From Octopus sinensis (taxonomy: Eukaryota): DNA of 64,000 bases. Below, in pieces: positions 27,178-40,920 of this stretch (positions are counted from its first letter, which is position 1; each line of letters begins with the position of its first letter). The notes under the pieces are model-generated. The model saw nothing but the letters and a program-made list of their open reading frames with translations. It made no database searches and was not told the origin of the DNA. The DNA is taken from positions 13,702,001-13,766,000 of the forward strand of contig NC_043013.1 in the NCBI RefSeq assembly GCF_006345805.1. The letters run 5' to 3'. Made by a program: the position numbers and the translations under genes.

Positions 27178-27500
27178 ATAGTAGTCTATAGTATAAGATG
27201 TATAGAGGGATGATGCAGTAACAAGACAACGACATACGTAGGGGAAACGGCACGAAGCATAGGAGAGCGGGTAAATGTACATTGTAGAGAACTTAAGGAG
27301 GGTAAAAGCTCATCGATTCTGTACCAACACGCCGAGCAGGAACACGGGGGATCAATCAACAACAGAGATGTTAAAATCTTGTCTACGCATAGAACAGATG
27401 CAACAATCAGACAAATTACGGAAGCTACACACATAATAGAAGATAAACCTAGCCTGAATAGGAAACTGGAATGGAACACTAGCACACACCACAACATATG
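27178..27500 (+). mobile_element. Penelope-like GIY-YIG endonuclease fragment
   Basis: IVVYSIRCIEG*CSNKTTTYVGETARSIGERVNVH...RQITEA...KPSLN. It is absent from the ORF track because of one internal TGA. Confidence 0.9.
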
Positions 27501-27829
27501 ACAGTAGAGGATCCCCATAAACTGGTTACAATATAAACAAAACCGAAAACATAATGAATAAAATACAGAGATAAATAAACAAATAGAAATAAATAACTAT
27601 ATAATCTCTTTATTAAATTGAAAAGATTTTTTTACACGAACGTATATAAACAGAAGATACAAATATTGCAGGCAATGGTGTAGTGGAGTATATAACGCTC
27701 ATTTCGACGGTGTTAAAACAACTTAATCATAGACAGGCAAGATAACTCACCCTCATTCCCATTTTGGAATGATGGATATCGGTGTTTCGCCATTTTTGTA
27801 GCTTTTCAACATTATATACCTGTCTGGGC

Positions 27830-28110
27830 GCGATGGCAAAACGATTTCTTCTACTAAGGCCTCGGACCGACCAAAGACTTGTGAGTGGACTTGGTAGAGG
27901 GAAACCAAAGGAAGACCGTCGTATATTATGTATATGTGTATGTGTGTGTCTTCGTGTCTGTATTTTTCCTTCCACTATCGTCTCACAACCGACGTTGGTG
28001 TGTTTACGTTCCCGTAACTTACCGGTTCGCGGATAGACCTATAGAATAAGTACCAGACTTACAAAGAATGAGTCCCGGAGTTGATTTCCTCAACTAAAAT
28101 TCCTTAAGGT
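27830..28110 (+). mobile_element. SINE (family of 43872-44280), partial
   Basis: ggcctcggaccgaccaaagacttgtgagtgga...caaccgacgttggtgtgtttacg...agaataagtaccagactta. Confidence 0.85.
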
Positions 28111-29559
28111 AGTCTTAAATAATGGAAATCCACCCCTCCAAAATATATAGATAATAGCAAAAATAAATTAGGGAAAATATGTAGTTGTATAAAAATCAAT
28201 TTATGCCCACTTGAAGGATTCTGTCTTCATAAAAATGTAGTATACGGATGTACAGTAGTATCAGATAAGTATCAGACTGGAACATATATAGTTAGTAATG
28301 TTGTATTTAAAAAAAAGTTATAGAACGCATTTAAATTCATTTACTAACATTAAATATAAAAATTCTACTACTCTACCCTCATATATACATAATTTAAGGA
28401 ATAAGAGCATATATACTAGCAAACGGCCTCCCCTATAATGCTATAGGTAACAAATGTACTTTATGCATTAGAGAATCATACATTATTCTAAAATATTGCA
28501 ATTCGGGCATATTAAATAAATTGTCTGATACCATTCATTCATGAACCCATAGATTTCACTCATCTTTCATGGAACTCTATAAGACGAGATACAAGGAATG
28601 AAGTATTTGGCAGTCCTGCTTCTTCTGCTATTAGTAATTGATTATTCTCGGAATTTATTGGAAAATCGATTGTGTTTTAAACTTCAACCATCATCCTACA
28701 TATATTGATAAAAATGATAAGACAGCGAAAGAATGAAAGAGACCTCGATATTATGTAAATAGAGGAGTGCCCCAGCATGGCCACAGCTCATGAGCTGAAA
28801 TTAGATAAAATAAAATAAATAAATAAAAAATGTAATATGTGGCAATTATTCGGTAGCTGTGATAAAACTCCGAGTTTCAGATGCCGAGGTGGAAATCTAC
28901 GCCGCCATCTCTTCAGTTATCCGGCCATCGGAAAAAATGCTATGAAAAACGACCGTTATACAAAGGGAAATTACTGTGTGAATGACCGTTAGTAAGACAA
29001 AAGAGCTATTTGAATGACCGCTAAGTGAGGGGAGGGAGTAAAAGTAAGAGGGTAAAAAGGTTCATAGTATTCGCGTAAGCGTGCATGTTCATACCTACAC
29101 ATGCGTGCCCGCACACCAATGTGCATGCGCCTAATAGTGGTTTTATCTCTAATATAATATAATATAATATATATATATATATATAATATTAGGGAGTACA
29201 ACTCCAAATTTACAGGGAAACATTCAATTTAGTATTAAATCAAATTTCACAATATAAGTATAAAGTATATATAAAATCATAAGCCTGCTGAACAAGCTGT
29301 GTGCTTTTGCAAAAACGCAAAAAATTAACGATAATAGTAATAATCTTAGTAGTTCGACTTACCTGGCCAGAAGCCTTCAACGAATTAAACCACTCAACGA
29401 TTGTTCTTTCACGGAGAAATTACGAATTAATTTTAATTCCAAGGCACAAGGCCCAAACACAGAGGGACACACATACACATGCGGGGATAAAAAAACACAT
29501 GAAAAGACGAATGAAAAGTGAAATAATTATAATGAAGATGATTTTGATAAACAGGCACA

Positions 29560-30955
29560 TCCCAGCCCCGCTCCGAGATGACCACGAGGTTATTCGTTCT
29601 TTTAGAACTTAAAATTTAAAAACTTTTACAAAGGTTCACAATTTTTAAAAATCAGTATGAACACAAAAGGATTTAACACTGTCTTATTTACAGTCTTTGA
29701 AACAGATGATACTCACCACTTTATCTTTTCTTTTATCTCCACAAATTCCACCACCGGGGTGCAAGGTTCAGCATCCACCTCAGTCCCCAGCGGATTCACA
29801 TCCGATGGAAAGACCTCCTTTAACGAGCTATACTTAGTGTTACCCATCAAGATAATCTTATGTTCTTGTCATAGCCTTCTTCTAAGTTCACCTTGACAGT
29901 CTCTTTCCATCTTGAAATATTTTTCTCTATTATTTGCGATGTCGTATATGTCACTAGGAAAAATTTGCTTCTGTGTGTTTCCTGTGCATTGTGACTGTGA
30001 CTCTGTGTTATTATGCTTTTGTAGTTCTGTGTTTTCTTGTGTTTGTCTGTCTAAGATTTTTTGTGCTTGTATGTCTGTATGATTGTGTGACTGTAAATCT
30101 GTGTGTTTCGTATGTGAGTCTGTGTTTTGGGGTATCTGTACTTCTGGGTTATCTTGTGTCTGTTTGTCTGCATCTCTGTTTTTCTGTATATCTGAATGTT
30201 TCTGTGTTTGTGAGTCTGACTGTTTGTGAAGTTTAACGACTTTGTGTTTCCTTGGAAATGTTGATTTTTCTCTGACACTCTTCTTAGGCGCTCCCACTGG
30301 TGAACTGTTTCTACTTGTCTTTCTTTTGCTTTATACTTGTTAGGATCCATTGTCGGCGGAGACATTCTCCTTTCTCTTTTCTTCGCCTTAACCTCCACAA
30401 ATTCATTCTCCTGGGTCATTTCTTCTCCTCTATTATATCTACAACTTCCAATAATCTAGGGCACTTTCTTTTTAAGTGCCTCCTCTCGCCGCATCCGTAA
30501 GATTTTGAAGACCTTACAGTCATCATTATCTTCAATTTGTATCCGTTTGGAAGCTCCGCTGTCTCTGGTATTTCCTCATAAAAATACTGATTCACTATAC
30601 AGTTCACTTCCACCCCGTAATTCCACCAATTCGAAAATTGGGTCCAGTTAAACCTAATTCTCTCCATATTTCGGTAGCCTCCTCTCTCACTTTCTGTAAA
30701 GATTGCTGCTATTATCCGTTCTGGTTCAGTCCACGGTGGGATTCTACCCACTCTAATTGTGACAACTCAAACGTCCTTACTACTGGGTATGCGTGTCTGA
30801 TTTCTTGCTGCCATTTCCGACACAAATATTACCGCAACAATCGCAAAATTCTTTTTTCTCTTGTAAAACATTCTTCTACATCCTCTTGTGGAGCATTTTC
30901 GAACTTACAATTTTCGTTCTTCAAAATTCTGTATAGAGCAGTTGTATACTGTCAA
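29560..30955 (-). mobile_element. Degenerate Gag/ORF1-like zinc-knuckle element, minus copy
   Basis: VGRIPPWTEPERII...ELPNGYKL...YGCGERRHLKRKCP is homologous to the plus copy. Low-complexity Q/T/H tail, no RT. Confidence 0.7.
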
Positions 30956-31104
30956 CTTAACGTGACAGTCCCATAAAGGGAATCACACCACCGCTATTTA
31001 GCCCTAGGAAGCATCAACGCTTCCTATGCCTAAATAGCGGTAGTGTGATTTCCTTTATGGGATACCATCACTGCTTATATCTCTCTGAGATATTTAGAAA
31101 TTTA

Positions 31105-31248
31105 ATCCTACGAGCTGACTGGCGCATGCACGATATATACGATATATACATGTATCGATATATACGTGTATAGGATATATTTACTTGTATATATACGATA
31201 CAATTATATATCGTATATATCGTGCATGCGCCAGTCAGCTCGTAGGAT
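31105..31248. repeat. Hairpin, 44-bp perfect arms around a TA-rich spacer
   Basis: atcctacgagctgactggcgcatgcacgatatatacgatatata and its reverse complement. Confidence 0.95.
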
Positions 31249-31457
31249 CGACTGGCTACGTCTGGCTAGCGCGGACGCGCGTCTGCGTGTGTGCGCAAAC
31301 TGGGACCACTCTGCGATACAAGTACCTATGTTTACAAGGTCTAGACAAGTATCTGCAGCTAGCAAATCATGCTACTCCATGTTTTTGTTGTTTTTTGAGA
31401 GAAGCTAATCGAAGATGCGTGCGAAGCCGACGTTTGGTGGTAAAAGAAAAATTTGAA

Positions 31458-32790
31458 ATGAAGAGCTACGCGGAAGACCCGGAAAAGGAAAAATTAAGAA
31501 GCCTAACACCGAAGTCGTTGAATTGTGACCCTGAAAAGATGAAGAGATACATGAGCAAAGTAGGAAGAGAAGCAACGAATGTGAAGCTTATAATGTCGGA
31601 GGAGAAAAAGAAAATGTTAAGGAATTCAACAATAGTATACAGAACATTCTCCAACGAATCCAGGAGGATTGAAATAGCACCTGAATTTCAAATAGAAGCA
31701 ATGGTATAGTGCTGTATGGATAGAGTGGTTTTTATAAATAGAGGAAGCCAATACGGCAAGGTAAATGTTATATTTGAAAATGTGGAGGCGGCAAAGAGGA
31801 ACGACCAAGTGATAGAAGGAAATAGGTGGACTCTCATACCCGACAAACCAGGAAAATGGTAGTGAAAATTAGAGTTGGAAGAATCCCACCCATAATAGAG
31901 CCTGAATGGGTAATAGTGGGAATCTTCAGAGAGTATTTGAAGAGAGGAAATACAAAGTTGAACGTACTAACAGTGAGCAAAACAATGCTTGAATTTTGGG
32001 GGTTATGAAATTGAATTACCGACCGGTGAAAAGTTAGATATTGTGCTGCAGGGAAGACCCCCAAAATGCTACTTGTGTGGCATGAGGGGGCATATGCGAA
32101 GGAAATGCCCGAATACAGAAGTAGAGAAAAGGTTGGAAACAACGGTGGAAGAAAAAGCAGCCGACGAAGTGAAGAGGGGGAACAATAATAGAACGAATAT
32201 GGTGAAGAGCAGGAAGAGAGAACGTAAAAAGTCACCAACTTTAAAAGAAACGAAAAAAGTAAAGGAATAGCAGAGAATATAACATATCAGAACGGTAACA
32301 CTGAAGAACCAACTATAGAAGAGATAGAGAGAGCGATGGAACTGCAAAACGAAGACGAAACAGAGCGAGAAAATCTAGAGTTCTTTAAGCTCAAAGATAA
32401 AGAAGAACAGATGGAAGAGAAGTATTTGAAAAACTCAACAACTTTAGAAGAAACGGAAACGGATAGAGGAATGGCAGAGAATATTACTTAGAATGGTAAC
32501 ACTGAGGAACCAACTATAGAAGAGATATTGAGAGCGATGGAACTGCAAAACGAAGAAGTATATGGCGAGGAAATCTAAAGTTGTTTAAGCTCAAAGATAA
32601 AGAAGAACAGATAGAAGAGACGTATTTGCAGCCGGGAGAAATTACAGATACACAAACGGAGGAAGATGTGAACGAAGCGGTAGACTCGAGAAGGAGAACA
32701 CAAGAAAAGAAAGAGAACGAGAGGAAGAAGAAATGTCGTGTAAAGAATAAATGTGGTGAAAAAACACAGACGGTAATATAATTACGAGCG
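31458..32790 (+). mobile_element. Frameshifted Gag/ORF1-like ORF with CCHC zinc knuckle and charged tail
   Basis: KCYLCGMRGHMRRKCP (CX2CX4HX4C), VGRIPPIIEPEWVI, an E/K-rich C-terminus and an internal ~200 bp duplication (32250-32430 / 32450-32630). Confidence 0.75.
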
Positions 32791-33206
32791 TAATGCAATT
32801 AATGTTTAAAAAGAACTGTGAATTGAACTGCAAATGAACTGAGAATTGAACTTGTGTTTTGTGAAATTGTAAAGAAAAGAAAAAATGTAATACTTGGAAA
32901 AAAAAAGATAAAATAGAAAAGGAAAATAGAAAGACTAATGTGAACAATTAATGATACATTTTATACGATAATGATACGAAGACCATTGTGGTTTCGCTTC
33001 ACAGTGAGACACGATGGTATTGAGAATTAATGTGAAAAGTTCACAGTTCGTCTCGCAGCGGAAGCAAGTCGAACCGTCTCATTCTCATTATTTGTTAATC
33101 ATTCCATCAATCATACATCATTTGTTTTATGTTCCCGTTTGTCTTGTTATGTCCCCTTTATATAATCAAGCCATTGTGCCTATAATAAAGAAAGAAGCCA
33201 TGCTAC

Positions 33207-33248
33207 TCCAGACTGATGACGAGCAAGACTCAGAAACCTGTCTCTGGA
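33207..33248 (+). ncRNA. Type I hammerhead ribozyme motif
   Basis: TCCAGA-CTGATGA-c-GAG-caaga-CTC-a-GAAAC-ct-GTC-TCTGGA. It has a 6-bp stem I, an intact core and a GUC site, with a C.A mismatch at the base of stem II. Confidence 0.8.
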
Positions 33249-33338
33249 TGCATGCTTGGCTGGAGGGGGGTGCTTGTCTCCCCCATGTAAACATAAGGAC
33301 ACAGGAAATGTGTCAAGACCGAGAGGAAGCGTGGATGA

Positions 33339-33460
33339 TTCCTAGGGCTAAATAGCGGTGGTGTGATTCCCTTTATGGGACTGTCACGTTAAGTTGGCAA
33401 TATACAGCTGCTCTATCGTACCACCACTGCTTATATCTCTGAGATATTTAGAAATTTAAA
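33339..33460 (+). repeat. Terminal repeat A (direct copy 31021-31105, inverted copy 30933-31010)
   Basis: ttcctagggctaaatagcggtggtgtgattccctttatggga...gagatatttagaaatttaa. Confidence 0.9.
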
Positions 33461-34402
33461 AGTTCTGTATGTTATCGTCCTATTTCTTATTACAGCGCGC
33501 TCTCGCTCTGGAAGAGACAGCTTTACATTTGACCCCTCCCTCTTAATCAAACTTCCACATTTCTTCATCAGTCCCGAGTCGGGAAAGAATACATTCTGCT
33601 TCAGTACACTCGGGTCAACACACGTTCGACCCTCTGTTCATTCAGCATAACTTTTCATTTTCTCAACGACTCACAACCACCAAACGAATAGTGGCTTTTC
33701 ACAAAAAGGACCGCTGCAAAGCAGCACACAAAAGCACAACCGTTCACGCCAAAACTTTCAGCAGAAATGAAACACGTACCAAAAAAGGAGAAATTACGAA
33801 TGACTTTTATTTCGACCACAAGGACGAAACACAGAGGGACAATACAAAATGAAATGCGGGGTCTACGTAAGCGAATGGTATTTACGTAATGAATTTGAAA
33901 ATTTTACGGAAATATATCGAATGAGGGGACGAACAAAGCAAAGTACTGATGGAGTGGGGGAACGGTTATGACCCCGCAGAACGCGTTCCTCTACTGAAAC
34001 CTTTTTTGTTAACCTTTTATGGACACACTCATGTAGGATCTTTCATTCCCAACACGCATACCACTTGCTTCCATCTTTTCTCATACGTGTCCGATGTTCA
34101 TAAAGTTGGTTTCTCTGTGTACACAACCAGAATATCCCATTTGATACTTATCAACCATAGACCGGAAACACAGTTTATCCAACCCTACCTGGTACATATA
34201 TTTTCAAGTACCCGATTCTATGTGAATCCTTATTTTCCCTTTGTCTTCATTTTCTCTTGGATTTTACTCTGTCTCCTGTATCTGAAAAAGACCTTTGCTC
34301 GAAACGTAAAACACCCTTTCTTTCCTTCCTTCTGTGAGCGTCTTATTAACAATTTGCATGTACCATGTTGTTGTTTTTCTTAACTTTTTTGCCCGTTTTT
34401 TA

Positions 34403-34445
<43 letters not shown>

Positions 34446-34493
34446 CATACAGACACACATACACTCATATATATATATACGTATTTATGTATG

Positions 34494-34548
<55 letters not shown>

Positions 34549-34956
34549 GTATGCATGTATATATGTATGAGAATAGAATCATTTTTAAGGTATCAATTGC
34601 TTCTGTTAAGTTTAATTTCTCCACCTTTTCTGCCATTTTCAGCATATTTCTATTTTCCTCTTTGAAGAATTGCCTCTTTCTGAATTCTCTCTTAATTTCT
34701 TAGCTTCCTTTGATCTTTGTTTATCTCTCAGCCTTCATCACTAACTAAATCAATCCTTCTGTGCATAACTTTTCACCTGCCATTTTATTCCTTAAACCTG
34801 GTTTTCTTTTCCATAGTCTCGATTTCTTTCTATGCATAACACAACTTTTCTATTCGACGTTCACAGTTAAAGATAAAGACTTAAATATTCATCTTTATAC
34901 ACATCATGACAATTAATTTTACTAACCTGGAATTTTACAATTTATTGATTTTGCAG

Positions 34957-35005
34957 ACCAGAGCGTCAAGAAATGGCTCAGGTATATTGTCAGAAACCCA
35001 AACAA
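34957..35005 (+). CDS. Host mini-exon B2, 49 nt (PERQEMAQVYCQKPKQ)
   Basis: Same splice sites and phase as B1. C1 AT + A gives ATA (Ile), keeping the frame. Confidence 0.75.
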
Positions 35006-35607
35006 GTAAGCTTTTATTTTAATCTTAAAATATGCTTGAATAGTTCTGAATTGGGATAAATGATTTCTTGAGAGTTTCATCAAAGGATTTGCTTAAAATG
35101 AACGCTGCATATTCTGTTTATGAATAATTTCATATATTTTCTCACATTAATACGACTGGTTGCTATCATTTATACTGGTAGACCAAGCTATTATTCTTCA
35201 GACTGGTAGAGCTATCTGCAATTTTTTAAGACGGTAGAACTCTTTTGTATCTCTCTTTGGTAGATCCAGCTACTAAATTCTATATATTTATTGCAGGCTT
35301 CCATTTTGTTATATCGTTGCAGTCAGTGTAGTGGTTTTCATTTTAATATCACTGGGGACAATTTTTAATATTAGAAAAACCAGCTTCTATATATCATATT
35401 ATTAGAGATGGAAAGAATCATCGTATTATATGTCAAACCAGTAGAACCAGTTTCTAAATTCCCCATATATATATATTTATGCATGAATGTATGTATATAT
35501 GTATGTATATATGTATGTATATGTGTATGTATGTATCTATCTATCTATGTATCTATCTATCTATCTATATATAAAGATTTATATATGTATGTATGTATAT
35601 ATATACA

Positions 35608-35789
35608 TGAAAACACAAACATAAAACACAACAACGCGAGGACGTGGAACATGTAGAGTATTATTGGACGCCCAGGAAAGAAGGAGGGTTTAACATTTCG
35701 AGCGGAGCTCTTCGTCAAAACCATAGGAAAAGGAAAGATCCAAAGAAGGGAAGACGGAGGGAAAAAAATCTCCAACGGTACATACGCGG

Positions 35790-35790
<1 letters not shown>
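35608..35790 (-). mobile_element. Short hammerhead-bearing element in a microsatellite (motif 35687-35722)
   Basis: Minus strand GGTT-tTGACGA-a-GAGC-tcc-GCTC-GAAA-tg-TT-AAACC. Absent from the paralogous site in duplication copy 1. Confidence 0.7.
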
Positions 35791-35849
<59 letters not shown>

Positions 35850-36226
35850 CATATGGTATAATTATAAACAGGGCAAATTTTAGGCATTTCTCCACAGATT
35901 GAAAAAAAAGATAATGAACAACCTTAATTGATTTTCAACCCTTGTTGCGTTCTCATGAGAGATATCCATATCATTCTGACAGTCTCCAGAGAAACAAGCA
36001 GCCAAACTGTTTCTATACTCAACAAATGCTGCAGTTACTGTATGTAAGGATCTCTAATTTGCATACCGAACGTATTTGACACTATAAGTACCAGTGGCCA
36101 GTCAGAGGGTATGTATGTATGTATGTATGTATGTATGTATGTATGTATGTATGTATGTATGTATATATATATATATACATGTATGTATACATACATACAT
36201 AATGCACACAATCACATATGCACACA

Positions 36227-36304
<78 letters not shown>

Positions 36305-37718
36305 AGTGTGCGCGTGTGTGTGTTTCACCGATCACAGGACTTTCGGCTTCATGGAAGAGACTGAATGTTGATCTCAGAATCTTGGACAACATGGAGGAGA
36401 TTACATGGGATCAAGATGATTGGCGATATGCACAACTGGATGCTTCACCCAGTTTCCCTCTTTTCAAGACACTCACCACCACCCATCGCCTACCTAACAC
36501 CAGTTCTTCCATGCCATTGTTTTTCTACCCAGAATCATTTCACAATTTATCCACCCTTCATCCTTCATTACTGTTCTCTCCACCCATACTTTCAATCCTC
36601 GCCCCTTCCCCAACCCTTCCGTACCTCCAATTTATCTCCCCTCACCCACCACCACACCACTCACTTTTCCCATACACTGTGCATTCCTCTTTCTCTCCCC
36701 CATCCACTCCTCCAACCTACCCAACAGCGTGTCATCTCTCTCACTCTTCCTTCTCCTTTTTACAGTATCACCATTTCTTTTCTGTGGTTCTGCATTAAAA
36801 GATATCCCCTACTCCCCACTCATCCTACCCACTTCGTACCGTCAGTGTTCACCCTGACACATCACGCCTATTTTTCTTTGTAGTTTCCTGCTCCACCTGA
36901 TCACCTCTTCTAAAATACGAAGGGTCATCTAACTCCTTTATAACAGCAAACTCCTGCTGCTCCAACCCTTTTCTTTCATACTTTACTCCTTTCTACTCCT
37001 CCTCGCGTAAACTCGCTCCACCTTGGTGTTCATAACCTTGTAATAAACATGGTAACCCCACTTGTGCTGATGGAATGAAAATTACACCCAGATTATGTTG
37101 AAAGGTGGTAAGCATTAGAAGGGTATTATGGGGTATTAAACATGCCAAAGCACACAGGAGCACGATTCCAGCAAGGAACAGGATGACTTTGACGATGATG
37201 TTGATGCTCATAATGGGGAGAAGGGGGATACAGTATACCACTGTATCGACCAGATTATTAAATGCTGCTGTACTTCGCTACGGACTGGTCACAGTGAGCT
37301 CTTTCTTGATTGCATGATTCTTGTCCATTTTGACCCCAATTTTTGAACTAAATCATGTTCCCATACTCATGGAGGCCTTCTGTGTGGCCCTGTCCAGTCT
37401 GTCGGATATCACTCAGCAGCTGTGTTGGATGGGTGCATCGCTACAAGGGACGATGGTCAAATGTGTTGCTATGATTTAGGAGAAATAAACAGGCAACAAA
37501 AATATCACTGAGCGAGAAAGAGAGAGAGAGAGAAATACAATTATCACTATAAGTGGGTGCGGGGGAGAAAGAGAAATGTTATAATATCGGAATTTCAACG
37601 TTTCATAAAAAGAGGACTGTTTTTGCTGGGAAAAACATAAAAAGGAATTAGTTCAACTTACATGAAGACAATTTACCGGGTGTTCTATCGGTATAAACGT
37701 CTTCAGCAGCATGTTTCC

Positions 37719-37777
<59 letters not shown>

Positions 37778-38109
37778 AATATATATGTATACGAGTGAGT
37801 GGACAAACAAAAGGAGGGTCCTCAATCAATTTATTGAGAGTTACATATATCAATCAGAACAGTTTGATTCAAATTTGTTGGTACTTTTGAGTTTCAAACG
37901 CGATGCTAGTCGTCAGCCATTTTGAATTGGGCACTGTATTCTCTATTGGCAAAATAAAACTGGATAATGACATACATACATATATACATATGTGTTTGTA
38001 TGTAGGTACAAACACATATACCATACTGAGTCAAAGGTTTTTTTTTTGGGGGGGGGGGGTCGTATTGCAAGCTTTAATAAATAATTTGAATCAAACTGTT
38101 TTGATTCTT

Positions 38110-38161
<52 letters not shown>

Positions 38162-38689
38162 GCACACACAGATACATATTGTTCGGGATTATGGGTTTAT
38201 TTTGGGGTTTGTGTATGTATGCGTACGTGCCTATATGCATATATACACGTGTATATTTCCTTAGGTGGATAGATAACTTATTTGTTTGACCGCACATTAC
38301 AGGTTGACGCTCCACCAACCAGCCTCCCCAATGACGCATCTCAAGCCACGTCTGGTTCCTAGTGGTTTAGTATCCCTAAAATATGATGCACTTCATTACT
38401 CCTTATCTATAGCCATACTGCGCCTTTGTAATCCGATGTTACTCTTGTCTTGTTCCTCGCCTCCTCTCTAATTTCGTCAGAGAATTCTACTGACATTCTT
38501 TTCTATCGGTCTTTTGATGACTCTAACTCCTTCTTTATACCAATGCTTTCCTTCTTGTCATTATTTATAATACTAAGTCACTGTGGGTTCCCACCCCATC
38601 TCACTCTCCAAACTCATATTAGTTCACATACATTTCCTGAAAATTTAAATACGCTGCTAGCTTGTGGTTTCTTGCTGTTTCAACTTTCT

Positions 38690-40920
38690 GTCTCTTAGGT
38701 CGATCACACTTACCATATTTAAGAATCAATACAGAAATTGTTTTACGCATCAAGAATATGTAGAATACTGATTTGAAACTTTTCGCAAACAGCAGAGTCT
38801 GAAAAGGAAAGGCTGGTGTTGAGGCTGTGCAAATGTGCAACATGGATATAGGGACGGATGTAGGTATCTCGAAGTTTTCGGTGCTTATTTTGAAGCGAGG
38901 GAAAGAGTAAATTGTAGGAGTATAGGAGGGCCAAACGGAGAGAGAATGGAAGACCCGGATGATGATGGGTACAAGTAATCTGGGATCCTGGAGCTGGACA
39001 ATATATTGCACAAAAAAAATGAAGAACAAGGTCGTCGCTGCATATTTGATGAAAATAAGAGAAATAATCTGTCAATCCTTAATGAAAGTAATAGACAATC
39101 AACACTACTAATTAACAAGAAAACAAGAAAAATACTCAATAAATACAAAATTGCAGAACAAGGTAGGCCTGAGTTAAAAGAACAGCTGAAGCAAAATATC
39201 CTTACCAAAGCACAAAGAATCCGCCAGTATGAGAAACGCCAACATTTCTCTGAACAAAAGAAAAAGTTCAACTCTAACCCCAAAAGATTCTACCAAGAAC
39301 TTGGCAAAATAATTTAGAGATCAATGCAGCACCACCAGCAGAAATGGAAGAATTTGGGAAAGAAATATGGTCGTCGATGGAACTACCTCAGAAAATGTCT
39401 TTTAAAATAACAAAAACAGCACCTGAACAACTCTGGACCCTATAACAACTGAAGAGGTCACCCAGACACTGAAAAACCTAAGCAACTGGAAGGCACCTGG
39501 GCACAAGATCCTTAAGTCCTGGTTAAAATACCTGCCAAGAAAACATAAAAGGCTGGCTGAGAAATTTAATGAAATACTAGCAAAGCCAGAGAAAAGAGAA
39601 ATGAACTGAATGGCTCACGGAAGGGAAAACTATGCTAATTCCCAAATCCTCTGAAACGCCAAACCCACGAAATTACAAAAAGAATACTTGTCTCTCTGCA
39701 TCTTACAAAGCCTTTACTTCAATAATACACAGCGAATGGGTAAGCGTATCGAGAAGAAGAAAATAGCCTTTGCTTCCAGAAGAGCAGAAGGGATGCTGCA
39801 AGGCTGTAAAGATCAGCTACTTTCACTAAAGCCATAACTAAAAACAGTCGCAGAAAGAAGAAGGGTCTAATTATGGCCAGGGTAAGATACAACAAACAAA
39901 AAACGAAAGAGAAGATAAGAAAAGAATGCTATCGACGAGTTAGATTAATACTGAAAACAGAGCTCAATGCAAAAGCAAGATAATAAGGTATCAACACTCG
40001 CCGTCACAGTTACCGTGACAATATTCTTAACTGGACGCTAAATGAATAATCAAAATAGACTGGAAAAGAAGAAAAAAAAATAGTGACAGACAGATTTAGG
40101 ATGCACCACCCAAGATCTGACGTTAAAGTGTTTTGTAACAACGTATGGAAGGTGGTAGATGCCTATACAGCTAGAAAACCTTTACAAAAATAACCACCTA
40201 GGACTACAAGATACCACTTCAGACGCAAGGAAAAACTATTACAAATAGCCACAAAAAAAACGATCAAAGCCAAAAAGAGTCGTAGTATCTAACAGGTATG
40301 AGGAAAAAGAAGAAAAAAACAAACGATGTAAAATAACTGAAATCCAAGCTAAAACTGGACAGCAACGGATCATGATAACATGATGGCAAGGAAAGCCCCT
40401 TCATGGCAAATATTGGGTTAAACTAAACGCAAAATAGACAAAGCAAAATCCCAACAATGGCTGAGAAGCTCAGGACTCAGAGTAGAGACTAAAGGATTTT
40501 TATTTTCAACACAAGACCAAATCTTCCTCAATACACACAGGTAGAGAAATTAAGGCTATCAGGTCGGGTTTAGTTGCTAGAGATCATCAATAAAAAAAAT
40601 GCTTTCTACTTGATGTATCAATACCAACAGATGACAAAGTTTTTCTAAAATAAATAGAGAAACTATCAAAATGCAAGAATCTGGAAGTAGAGGTAACACG
40701 AATCTAAAACAGAAACAAACAAATATTCCTATCACAGTAGGTATGATAAAAAGTATTCAGAAAAATGCATCAGAAAAGTACTCGGACTTACAAGTAAAAT
40801 ATAAACATAGAAAATAGCACAAATATGAAAATAAGAGGACCACAACAAGCCGCAGCACATACCCAAGGTGCTCAGAGTATGCTCGGTAGTCAGTGACAAC
40901 ATGAGGAAAAAAATAGCGGT
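38690..40920 (+). mobile_element. Degenerate R4/Dong-like non-LTR fragments (RT and RLE)
   Basis: DLKLFA, GYK*SGILELD, LSNWKAPG, PEEQKGC and LLDVSIPTD remnants. Confidence 0.8.

Larger units (their letters stand above)
34228..36420 (+). repeat. Segmental duplication copy 2, left part (contains exon B2)
   Basis: Collinear with 22590-24545. Confidence 0.95.
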
